30,731 nt of DNA from an uncultured Elusimicrobiaceae bacterium (GTDB lineage Bacteria; Elusimicrobiota; Elusimicrobia; Elusimicrobiales; UBA9959): NCBI GenBank assembly GCA_964646805.1, contig CAZYFL010000001.1, positions 1 to 30,731 on the forward strand, given 5' to 3'. Shown one piece after another: positions 1-8,900 of the stretch; within the stretch, counting starts at the first letter, position 1; every line of letters starts with the position of its first letter. The position numbers were made by a program, and so were the translations under genes. The notes under the pieces were generated by a model. The model was not told where the DNA came from. It ran no database searches and saw nothing but the letters and a program-made list of their open reading frames with translations.

Positions 1-1
1 A

Positions 2-388
2 GGAACCGCCTTTGGCTCCGGTCAGGCTGGAAGCCAGGGCCAGGGCGGCAACGTCGCGACCGGCAGCCAAACCGGTACCGCCGCCTTTGGAGGAGGTGGG
101 CGAGGCGATAGTGACGCAGCTAGCTGGACGGCTGGCGGCGGTGGCGGCGGCTACTTCGGCGGCGGCGCCGGCGGCGGCGCGAGCTATGCTGCCGGTGGCG
201 GCGGAGGCTCCGGCTACATCGGCGGTCCCGGGGTGAGCGGCGGCTCTACGACTGCGGGTACCACGACGACTCCTCCGAGCACGGGCGATGCGGATTATCT
301 CGCCGGGGTGGGGGAGGGAAAGACCGGTAGCGGCACAGGCGGACAAAATACGGCCGGCGGTAACGGCCGGGTCGTCATTTCCTACTGA
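2..388 (+). CDS. C-terminal part of a glycine-rich (Gly_rich-type) probably extracellular protein, 5' truncated by the window
   Basis: Manual translation of frame 2 is open from base 2 to TGA at 386-388: ...WTAGGGGGGYFGGGAGGGASYAAGGGGGSGYIGGPG...GGNGRVVISY*. The GGGGGYxGG / GGGGSGYI / GGNGxVxI pattern is typical of Gly-rich domains. Not in the ORF track, which lists an off-frame 12..236 ORF instead. Confidence 0.85.
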   Translation, partial: GTAFGSGQAGSQGQGGNVATGSQTGTAAFGGGGRGDSDAASWTAGGGGGGYFGGGAGGGASYAAGGGGGSGYIGGPGVSGGSTTAGTTTTPPSTGDADYLAGVGEGKTGSGTGGQNTAGGNGRVVISY

Positions 389-408
389 GAACGTATTGCG
401 AGTCGCTC

Positions 409-467
409 GGGGACGCTACACGATAACTTGATTGTTTTTTGATATCGGGATATCGTGTAGCGTCCCC
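409..467. repeat. Perfect 17-bp inverted repeat with 25-nt spacer (terminator or REP-like hairpin) between convergent genes
   Basis: GGGGACGCTACACGATA (409-425) and its exact reverse complement TATCGTGTAGCGTCCCC (451-467). Confidence 0.75.
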
Positions 468-543
468 TGATACCGAATCCAAGCAGTTGGCGTACGGTTA
501 ACGAACGGTTAAATCACGATAAGGAGCATCCGAGGCGCTAATA

Positions 544-934
544 TTAATCCGCTTTCGCCAATTCTTCCAAGAGAGCCGCTATGGCTTTTTTCCCAAGCCT
601 GTGCGTTGCAAGTTTTATCATCGCGTCAAAAAGTTTCCCTTTCGGATCTTTGATTGAGATTTTGTTCATCTCCAGGAAAATCAGCGCCGCGGCCAGTGCT
701 GTGCGCTTGTTGCCGGCTACAAAAGGCTGATTTTCGGATATATGAAACGCATAGGCGGCCGCCATCTCAAAAAGAGATGAATGCAGGAACTGCCCGCCAA
801 AACCGGACTGCGGAACGGAAATGGCTGATTCCAGAAGCCCTAGGTCCCGCGCCCCAGCATCGCCACCATAACGTTTGATTTGGTCATTGTGAATTATCTA
901 TAACCTCAGCCAGCGTAAGGAATAAGGGTTCCAT
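544..934 (-). pseudogene. doc: Fic/Doc (death-on-curing) family toxin with a +1 frameshift near codon 13 and a degenerate Fic motif
   Basis: ATG at 934 overlaps the antitoxin stop (TAATG) and reads MEPLFLTLAEVID, then stops. The other frame continues IHNDQIKRYGGDAGARDLGLLESAI...MAAAYAFHISENQPFVAGNKRTA to 544. The span is 391 nt (not a multiple of 3). The motif is QPFVAGNKR versus canonical HPFxDGNKR. Confidence 0.8.
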
Positions 935-1161
935 TACTTTGCGAGCTTATGGAAGGTTTTTCCGTGCTTGGCGTTCACGCTGGCCATGGCGGCAGCGAAT
1001 TTCTTCTGCCGGGATCGCTCAATGGCGGGGGAAATAACAAGGCTGCGCCCGTCAGTGGAGATTTCCAACGGCGTCGTCATATTAATGCTAAGTAACGCGA
1101 GAATAGGTTTATCAATTATCAGGGCCGCGCTGTTCCCGTGCGGAGTAAGATATTTGGTCAT
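934..1161 (-). CDS. AbrB/MazE/SpoVT-family antitoxin
   Basis: MTKYLTPHGNSAALIIDKPILALL...LEISTDGRSLVISP is a swapped-hairpin (xGNSxxLxI) signature. 75 aa, directly upstream of doc, with AAGGAGG RBS at 1166-1172. Confidence 0.85.
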   Translation of the reverse strand: MTKYLTPHGNSAALIIDKPILALLSINMTTPLEISTDGRSLVISPAIERSRQKKFAAAMASVNAKHGKTFHKLAK

Positions 1162-1186
1162 AATGCCTCCTTGGTACTACATTGTA

Positions 1187-1215
1187 AGTATACCGTATAT
1201 ACATAAATTTGTCAA
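1187..1215 (-). promoter_or_regulatory. Sigma70 promoter of the toxin-antitoxin operon
   Basis: Minus strand TTGACA (1215-1210), 17-nt spacer, TATACT (1192-1187). A short TACA-N-TGTA dyad at 1178-1186 may be the autorepression operator. Confidence 0.85.
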
Positions 1216-1447
1216 GAGCTGTCGGGAGACACGAGAAAGAAAAGGTGCATCATCCCTGAGGGAGAAACTGAGTGAGTAAGCCCGGGATACGGCCACCCTT
1301 CTGGATATTGCACAGAGTGAGACATATCGGAACTGGTCAGCCATAAGCCTTTCTCTTCGGCCTGCAAAGAGCAAGGAAACAGCAGACATAGAAATGGCTC
1401 TTCTCCCTGTTTGGGCGTAAGACAGGGCAAAAACTTTGTGGACCGAT

Positions 1448-2038
1448 TCAATTTGAATTGATATACCGCCAGACACCGCCGGCGACGACCGCAAGAAAAA
1501 GGATGGTTAACACAATCCATGTTTTGGAACGGGCTGGCGCTGTTTTCGCGTTTGTCACGGGATCCGGCGCGCCGGCGGACGGTAAATGGATCGCTGCCCC
1601 GCCCGTGTGAGAATCCGGAGAAGGGGGACTATAAGGCGGCCCGGAACTCCGGCCCGCGCCCTGTCCGGTTTCAGCGGGCGCATCCGGCTGGACAAACTGA
1701 CGGGCCGGCGCGTTGGCAAGCTCAGACTCTATTTTTTTACTGACCTTCTGAAAAACGCCTTTTTCTTCCCGTATTTCCAAATTTATCCGTTGTTCAAGAG
1801 ACGCAAGTTTTTCCGAGAGGACGTTTATGGAATCTTTTCCCCCTGCTTCTTGAGGGGGACTGGGGGGGGGAACTTTAATAGCTGATATCCTGTCAGGATA
1901 ATCCCCTAAAATCTTCCTTACCTGGGAAATACGGGCATATTCCTGGTGCACAGCGGCCCAAAAACCGTCCGGGTAATCTTTTAAAATCTTCCGTATCAAA
2001 GGAATCTGGGCATCGTCCGGCTGCGGCTCAAGCGTCAT
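1448..2038 (-). CDS. Hypothetical protein with a C-terminal membrane anchor, Pro-rich linker and duplicated RKILxDYPD motif
   Basis: 196-aa ORF. C-terminus KTWIVLTILFLAVVAGGVWRY is a single TM helix. IRKILKDYPD and VRKILGDYPD repeat at the N-terminus. Confidence 0.7.
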   Translation of the reverse strand: MTLEPQPDDAQIPLIRKILKDYPDGFWAAVHQEYARISQVRKILGDYPDRISAIKVPPPSPPQEAGGKDSINVLSEKLASLEQRINLEIREEKGVFQKVSKKIESELANAPARQFVQPDAPAETGQGAGRSSGPPYSPPSPDSHTGGAAIHLPSAGAPDPVTNAKTAPARSKTWIVLTILFLAVVAGGVWRYINSN

Positions 2039-2207
2039 TTACTATTTAGGCTCTGTGACAGGATAATACAGGCATTTGACTGGCCGTTTTTGGGCTGCGC
2101 CTTCGCGGCATTTCGCTAATGTACATGTAGTACATGTCGCTCTATGCCACTTCGGCTCGCTCCAAAACCAGCTCATCCAAATGTCCATCTTATTCTGTCA
2201 CAGAGCC

Positions 2208-2993
2208 TTATTCTCCGTGGCGTCCCTGGGTGTGCTGCCGCGTCAACTCGGCTATTTCCGCGCGAAGATTCTGCTTGAGTTTTTCAAGTTCCTCGTATTT
2301 CCGCGCATATTCCCGCTCCTGTTCCAGCAGCGCCGCCTCGCGGCTCTGGAATTCTGCCTGGAGTTGTTTTTGCGCGTCCATCAGTTCCGTTTCCTTCCGA
2401 AGGTGAAGCTTTCTGGTTTCCTCGGCGGAATGTTGCATTTCTTCCAGGAGGTCGCGCCGCTTTTTTTCAAATTCGCTCTCGTGTTTTTTGAGGTCGTTTT
2501 CAAGGGTTTGCTGGCGTTGTTTCCAGAAAGCTTCCCGCTCCCGTTCTTTCACGTCCTCTTCCTCAATAAATTTTTCCATATGATCGGCCCGTTCCGAGTC
2601 CTTCCGGGCTTCAAGTTTTAAATATTTTTCCTGGAACAGCGCATTCCCCTCCTCTTTTGTTTCCAGGTCCTTTATAAGAGCCTCAATTTTGGCCCTTGCC
2701 TTGTGCAGTTCCTCTTCAACGGCGGCGGTCCGGGCTTTGGCGATATCCAGCTCCTCTTCCAGGGCGGCGGTTCTCGTTTCGCAGCCGTGTTTTATAACCG
2801 ACTCCTGGGTTTGAAGCTCCTGGCGCAGGGACGATATAATTTCTTTCGCGCGCCCGAGCCCGGCTATTATTTCGTTGGACGCGGCCTGCAGCGCCACGGC
2901 GCTCACACGGTCTTCATCCCAGACTTTCCGGCAGACAATCTCAAGTTTTTCACACACCGCGTCCAGATTGATTTCGTAGTCCTTTTTTGTCAT
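2208..2993 (-). CDS. Hypothetical coiled-coil protein
   Basis: 261 aa, E/K/L/Q/R-rich heptad pattern. Start overlaps the upstream gene's stop (2990-2993). Confidence 0.75.
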   Translation of the reverse strand: MTKKDYEINLDAVCEKLEIVCRKVWDEDRVSAVALQAASNEIIAGLGRAKEIISSLRQELQTQESVIKHGCETRTAALEEELDIAKARTAAVEEELHKARAKIEALIKDLETKEEGNALFQEKYLKLEARKDSERADHMEKFIEEEDVKEREREAFWKQRQQTLENDLKKHESEFEKKRRDLLEEMQHSAEETRKLHLRKETELMDAQKQLQAEFQSREAALLEQEREYARKYEELEKLKQNLRAEIAELTRQHTQGRHGE

Positions 2994-3754
2994 GCTATCG
3001 TATCCTTTTCGCTGGACCCGCCGTCATGTGCCTTTAGCCCATTGACTTCCGCTCTCATTCGTTCCTTAAACTCGTCCAGTTCTTTGCGCATATGGGCGTG
3101 TTCGTTTTCCAGGACGAGGGCGCGTTGTTCAAGAGCGGTTTCTTTCTCCATAAGCGATTTTTCCGCAATCCGGTTCCGGTTTTCCCTGTCCTCCGTATTT
3201 TTCTGCAAATTTTCAAAATCTGCGGCCTTGCCCTCCCACTCCCGAAGCCTGGAGGCGCAGGCTTCTTTTTCCAGCTCAAGGATGCGCGCCTTATTTTCAG
3301 CGGCGTTTTTCGCCTCCAGCATGTTCAGCAACGCTTCCCTGGCATCCGCCCCTCCCGGAATCTGCGCCACAATGGAAAGGATTCCTTTTCGCGTTTCTTC
3401 AAGATCTCCCGCTTTTCTCTCCCACTCTTTCACCCGGGCGGCGTAGGCTTCTTTCTCCACTTCAATAAGCCGGGCATTGTTTTCCGCCGAGTCTTTCATG
3501 TGGCTCATGCGCAGAAACGCTTCCTGGGTCTCGGCCGCCAGACGCCTGGATTCTGAAAGCTGTGACATAAGGGACAGGAAGCCCCTTCGCGAACTTTCCA
3601 GTTCTCCCGCTTTATTCTCCCACGCCCTCAGCCTGGAAGCATCCGAACGCGTTTGTTCCAGGGCCGAGCGGAGCGCCGCGCGCATGGCTTCAAGATCATG
3701 AATACCGGCAAGATTGTTCAGATCAATGCGCGGGTTTTTATCGGCGTCTTCCAT
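2990..3754 (-). CDS. Hypothetical coiled-coil protein with three internal WExKAxxxE repeats
   Basis: 254 aa. Repeats ASRLRAWENKAGELE / AARVKEWERKAGDLE / ASRLREWEGKAADFE. Confidence 0.75.
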   Translation of the reverse strand: MEDADKNPRIDLNNLAGIHDLEAMRAALRSALEQTRSDASRLRAWENKAGELESSRRGFLSLMSQLSESRRLAAETQEAFLRMSHMKDSAENNARLIEVEKEAYAARVKEWERKAGDLEETRKGILSIVAQIPGGADAREALLNMLEAKNAAENKARILELEKEACASRLREWEGKAADFENLQKNTEDRENRNRIAEKSLMEKETALEQRALVLENEHAHMRKELDEFKERMRAEVNGLKAHDGGSSEKDTIA

Positions 3755-3900
3755 AACTTAAAAGTTGCGTCGCCAAAGTGCCCGGCTTTGACAGGAACAT
3801 TGTATCAAAAATACAGTACGCGCGATCTTTGAAACAGTAGCCCAGTAGCCCATTTTTGAGATGGTTTCTATCAGCAGATTGTTAATAAACCGATAAAGGG

Positions 3901-3914
3901 TTGATGAAAATCAA
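3901..3914. promoter_or_regulatory. FNR/CRP-family binding site (perfect FNR consensus)
   Basis: TTGAT-GAAA-ATCAA matches TTGAT-N4-ATCAA exactly. A TAAATT -10-like hexamer at 3938-3943 places it about 42 nt upstream of a putative start site for the hydrogenase operon. Confidence 0.6.
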
Positions 3915-3955
3915 TTCGTATTTTGCATTCGCTCATGTAAATTTTTGGCGGATTT

Positions 3956-3974
3956 TGTTACTATATCTGTAACA
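3956..3974. promoter_or_regulatory. Palindromic putative operator TGTTAC-N7-GTAACA
   Basis: Perfect 6-bp dyad in the AT-rich intergenic region upstream of the hydrogenase operon. The regulator is unknown. Confidence 0.4.
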
Positions 3975-4086
3975 GGTGGCTGGGCTGTCGGGCTATAGAG
4001 CTTAGAACTGACAAACCCGATAACTCTATAACTATGGTCTTCAACCCAAACAACCTGGGCGATTATATATAAGCACGGAGGGAGAC

Positions 4087-4728
4087 ATGATTTGCGTCGT
4101 AAGAATTCAATCACAGGCAAGTTTGACTATGCTTTGGGATGAAGTTTTAAGTAAAAAAGAGGAACTGCAGAAGATCTTAAATACGAACGGCAAGATACTT
4201 TACATCTCTAAAAGATGCAACTGCAACGAAGTAAGCATATTTATGCATGTGGCAAATATGAACATTCTGGGCGATTTTATCGCCAGCCATCTGGCAAAAT
4301 TAAAAGGAGTAGACGCCATCTGGCTGCTCAATATGTTAAAACCCGCTTTTTTTGCATCGCCTCCAAACATTGAAAAAATGGACAGGTACACAGTAACCCT
4401 GAAAATTTATCCCGCGAAATTAAGCGAAATATATGAAAATTTATTCTCCTTAAAATTACCGCCTGAAACAAGCATGACTTATCTGGCTTATACCTTTCAC
4501 CTGCTGGGGGATTGTCTGCAGTTTTCCCTGGTGACCAATAACGGGGACACATTGAAGGGATACATTAGTAATACCATCCGGCAGTTGCCCGGGGTACTGT
4601 GTACAACCGTTTGTAAAATTGAAAAAACCGCTCTTTTTGTCTTACATGGCGAATGGAAAAAATATATATCCCAAACCACCGGGATTAACTGGAACGACAA
4701 CTATATGATGGAACAATTCCAAAAATAA
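4087..4728 (+). CDS. Tandem Lrp/AsnC ligand-binding (RAM)-like domain protein without an HTH
   Basis: Two similar segments end in LGDFIASHLAKLKGVDAIWLL and LKGYISNTIRQLPGVLCTTVC, the (F/Y)I-xxx-L-xx-L-x-GV-xx-T pattern of Lrp/AsnC C-terminal domains. RBS GGAGGGAG. First gene of the operon. Confidence 0.55.
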   Translation: MICVVRIQSQASLTMLWDEVLSKKEELQKILNTNGKILYISKRCNCNEVSIFMHVANMNILGDFIASHLAKLKGVDAIWLLNMLKPAFFASPPNIEKMDRYTVTLKIYPAKLSEIYENLFSLKLPPETSMTYLAYTFHLLGDCLQFSLVTNNGDTLKGYISNTIRQLPGVLCTTVCKIEKTALFVLHGEWKKYISQTTGINWNDNYMMEQFQK

Positions 4729-4731
4729 CTT

Positions 4732-5934
4732 ATGGAAGTTCAGATTGAACCTTCATTGATATCCGAGGTTCGCAGATTCGGCGGATTTGACGCGGCTGCG
4801 TGCTACAATTGCGGCAGCTGCGCCGCCGTCTGCGCCTTGTCAAAAGATAATGCCATGTTTCCGCGCAACAGCATGAGATATGTGCAACTGGGACTGAGAA
4901 AGCCTTTATCAGGGAGCCTTGACCCCTGGCTGTGTTATTATTGCGGCGATTGCGCCACAACCTGTCCGAGACAGACCGAACCCGGCGAATCAATGATGAC
5001 CCTCAGACGGTATCTCATGTCCGTTTATGACTGGACGGGACTCTCTTCAAAATTTTATCGGTCAAAGTCGTGGCAAATAGGGGCGATTTTCCTGGCGGGC
5101 GCTTTAGTCCTGCTTCCAGCCGCGCTTATTCCCGCGTCTTTTGTGGCTGATTTTCATCAGAATTTAAGCGCTTCCAGGATCATGGAATTCGGCCATCTTC
5201 TTGAATTTACCTTAATATCCACGCTGGGTTTATTTGTTCTTCTCCCCAACATGTTCCGCATGTACTGGTTTGCCATGCACGCGGACAGCGATTTTAATGT
5301 ATGGAAAATTCCGTCGGCGCTGCTCCGGGACGGCCCTGGGTATGTCAGGAGCGAAAACAAGAAGATCAGGCTTTCCCCTGGTTTGTTTTTAAGGGAAGCC
5401 GTGACGCCGCTCCTTCATGGCGTCTTCCAGATAAAATTTCTGGAGTGCGCGGCGACGGCTAAAAACCGCTGGATAAAACACTGGCTGATCGCATCGGGAT
5501 ACATGCTGATGCTGGCGATGATAATTTTTCTGGGCTGGTTCAAAACGCTGGATTACCCGATCTATCATCCCGTGAGATTCCTTGGATATTATGCCACCGT
5601 CATTCTGGTCGTTTTTACCGCGGATGCGCTGATAGGGCGTATCAGGAAACGCGAGCAGGCGCACAAATTTAGCGAGTTAAGCGACTGGCTGTTTCTAATA
5701 TGGCTGTTTTTGATGGCGGCCAGCGCGCTGGCTGTTTATGTATTCATGAGCCTGGGGCTTGGGCGGATTGTTTACTACGCATACGTTTTCCATTTAATGG
5801 TGCTTGTCCAGTGGGCGCTCGTTATAGTTCCTTTCGGGAAATGGATACATTTCATGTATCGTCCGCTTGCGATTTATCTGCAATCAGTCAGGGAAAGAGC
5901 CTTAAAGGAATGCGCGGACAGGGTGTCGGCATGA
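4732..5934 (+). CDS. qmoC: QmoC-like membrane subunit (HdrC-like 2x[4Fe-4S] N-terminus plus HdrE/NarI-like transmembrane domain)
   Basis: CYNCGSCAAVC and CYYCGDCATTCP motifs, followed by several hydrophobic helices carrying His residues (RWIKHWLI, VFHLMVL...PFGKWIHFMYRP). Confidence 0.8.
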   Translation: MEVQIEPSLISEVRRFGGFDAAACYNCGSCAAVCALSKDNAMFPRNSMRYVQLGLRKPLSGSLDPWLCYYCGDCATTCPRQTEPGESMMTLRRYLMSVYDWTGLSSKFYRSKSWQIGAIFLAGALVLLPAALIPASFVADFHQNLSASRIMEFGHLLEFTLISTLGLFVLLPNMFRMYWFAMHADSDFNVWKIPSALLRDGPGYVRSENKKIRLSPGLFLREAVTPLLHGVFQIKFLECAATAKNRWIKHWLIASGYMLMLAMIIFLGWFKTLDYPIYHPVRFLGYYATVILVVFTADALIGRIRKREQAHKFSELSDWLFLIWLFLMAASALAVYVFMSLGLGRIVYYAYVFHLMVLVQWALVIVPFGKWIHFMYRPLAIYLQSVRERALKECADRVSA

Positions 5935-8900
5935 ACGCCGCACCCAAAAGCAACGGAGGTAAAATCGGCGCCGCCCTTGTGGTGGGCGGCGGCATAGGCG
6001 GAATGCAGGCATCGCTTGATCTTGCAGCCGCCGGCATTAAGGTTTATCTGATTGATTCGGGTCCCTGCATCGGCGGAGTGATGGCCCAGTTGGATAAAAC
6101 ATTCCCCACCAATGATTGTGCGATGTGCACAATGGCGCCGCGGCTGGTTGAAGTAAGCGCGCACAAAGACATTAAATTAATCACGCTGGCTGAGGTGGAC
6201 ACCATAACAGGGGAGGCCGGCAGTTTTACGGCAACTCTGAAAATAAAGCCGCGTTTTGTAGATGAGGAAAAATGCAACGGCTGCGGGGCATGCGTTCTGG
6301 TTTGCCCTATAGGCAGGATACAGCCTTCCAGTGACAAAAAAAACCCCCAGCCGTTGGCGGATGAGTATAACATGGGTTTGTCCTCCAGGCCTGCGATATA
6401 CATACCGTATCCTCAGGCCATACCTAATAAAGCCGTACTTGACTCGGCTAACTGCCTTTATTTTAAAACCGGCAAATGTAGCCTGTGCAAAAAAGTCTGC
6501 AAGGTTGACGCCATTGATTTTGAACAAAAAGAAAAACCGATTACCCTTAACGCGGGAGCGATAATACTGACGCCCGGCTATGAACTGTTTGACGCCGGAT
6601 TAAAGCCCGAATATGGGTATGGCGGCTTTAAAAACGTTCTGGCGTCTTTGGAATTTGAGAGAATACTGTCTGCTTCCGGCCCGTTTCAGGGCAAAATACT
6701 GAGGCCGTCCGACAAGACCGAGCCTAAAAAAATCGCCTTTATACAATGCATCGGTTCGCGCGACTGCGAAAGAGACTATTGCTCTGCGGTCTGCTGCATG
6801 TACGCCACAAAAGAGGCGCTTCTTGCCAAAGAACATCTTGGGGAAAAGCTGGAATGCGATATTTATTTCATGGATTTGCGCGCTTTCAGCAAGGGATTTG
6901 AGGAGTACTATTTAAGAGCCAGGAAGAACGGGATCAACTACATAAGATGCCGGCCCCCGTCCGTAGAAGAAGTTCCGCAGACTAAAAACCTGATTATCAA
7001 ATATGTGGCCGAAGATGAAAAAAAGGCGTCGCGCGAATATGACCTGGTGGTATTATCGGCGGGCCTCAGGCCTCCCAGGCATAGCGGGGAACTGGCCGCG
7101 AAGTTCGGCCTTGTGTTAAATAAGCATGGTTTTTGCGCAAACAGCGTTTTTGCGCCGGTTGATTCGCCAAAGCCCGGAATTTTTACCGCCGGCGCGTTTA
7201 CGGGACCCAAAGACATTCCTGAAACCGTTATTCAGGCGAGTTCCGCCGCGGCGAGGGCGCTGGAACTGCTGTCTGAGGCAAAAGGCTCGCGTATCTCAAA
7301 AAAAGAATATCCCCTTGAAACGGATATTTCGGGGCAAGAGCCGCGGGTCGGGATTTTCATATGTCACTGCGGCACAAACATAGCCGGCGTGGTAAATGTA
7401 GAAGAAGTGGCGGAATACGCAAAGAAACTGCCGAATGTCGTATATGCCGATAATATTCTTTATGCCTGCGCTAATGATAGCCAGGAAAAAATCAAAAAAA
7501 CAATTATCGGGCAGAAATTAAACCGCGTTATCGTGGCGGCATGCACTCCAAGGACCCATGAGTCTTTGTTCAGAAACACAATAAGGGAAGCCGGCTTAAA
7601 CTCTTATCTTTTTGAAATGGCAAATATCAGGGACCAGTGTTCCTGGGTGCATATGCATGAGCCTGGGAAGGCCACAAAAAAAGCCAAAGATCTGGTGCGC
7701 ATGGCATTGTCCAAAGCGAGGCTTATAGAGCCTCTGTATAGAAAGAACGTGCCGATAAGCAAAGGAGTTGTTGTTCTTGGCGGGGGATTGGCCGGAATGA
7801 CTGCGGCGCTGAGTCTTGCAAACCAGGGTTTTGACGTCCATTTGATTGAAAAGCAGGCGGCATTGGGCGGGAATTTGCGCAAACTCCATTATCTGTCTGA
7901 TGTGAGTTCCAAACCGCAACAATATCTGGAAACCATTACTGAGCGTGTCAGCCGGAATAAAAAAATCCATATTCACGTAAACGCAAAAATCCCGGTCATT
8001 GAAGGATTTATCGGCAACTTCACCACAAAGCTGTCGGATAACGGGGAATCCGGCGGGGAAATAAAGCATGGGGCGATAGTAGTGGCCACAGGCGCCGGGG
8101 AGCACAAGCCCGGCGAATATCTGTACGGCAAGAATCCCAATGTCTTAACACAACTTGAACTGGAAGAACGGTTAGCCAATGACGGCAGGAGCTTTTTAAG
8201 CGCCGTAGGCCGTGCGCCTAAAACAGTGGTTATGATTCAATGTGTCGGCTCGCGCGAGACTGCCCGTCCCTATTGCAGCCGCCTGTGCTGCAATCAGGCG
8301 GTTAAAAATGCGTTAAAAATTAAGGAACTGAGCCCGGAAACAAACGTATATATTCTGTACCGGGATATGAGAACATACGGCTTTGGGGAAGGTTATTATA
8401 CGCAAGCCAGACAGGAAGGCGTGGTGTTCATAAGATACGATGAAAACAAAAAACCCGAATTAGCGGAGCATTCAGGAAATTTATTATCGATTAAATGTTT
8501 TGAGCCTATTTTGCGCATGGACATTGTCTTAAACGCGGATTTGGCGGTTTTATCAGCCGCGGTCGTCCCGCAGCCGGAGAATAAAGAGCTTGCCCAGATG
8601 CTTAAAGTTCCTCTTGATGCTAACGGATTTTTCCTTGAGGCTCATATGAAACTCAGGCCGGTGGATTTCGCCAATGACGGCATATTTTTGTGTGGTATGG
8701 CGCATTTCCCAAAAGCTATTGACGAGACTATTGCGCAGGCAAATGCCGCCGCCGCGCGGGTGGCGGCAATACTTTCAAACGACACTATGGAACTTGACGC
8801 CAATATTTCAAGCGTCATTGATGAAAACTGCGACGGCTGCGCCTACTGCGTTGACCCTTGTCCCTATAAGGCCGTCACACTGATTGAATACATGAAGAAC

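Noticed and set aside
12-236. 74-aa Ala-rich ORF in the track
   Set aside because: Off-frame shadow of the Gly-rich CDS in frame 2 (2..388).
1177-1494. 105-aa minus-strand ORF between the TA operon and the membrane protein gene
   Set aside because: It runs through the TA promoter, overlaps the neighbouring CDS end, and has no RBS or motifs.
5700-5930. 77-aa N-terminal extension of HdrA given by the ORF track
   Set aside because: It overlaps the qmoC C-terminus. ATG 5931 gives an ATGA coupling and starts right before the FAD-binding motif. The track's upstream starts for hydG (12703), atoA (19036), the dehydrogenase (20731), the lyase (21918) and leuD (25307) were rejected for similar reasons.
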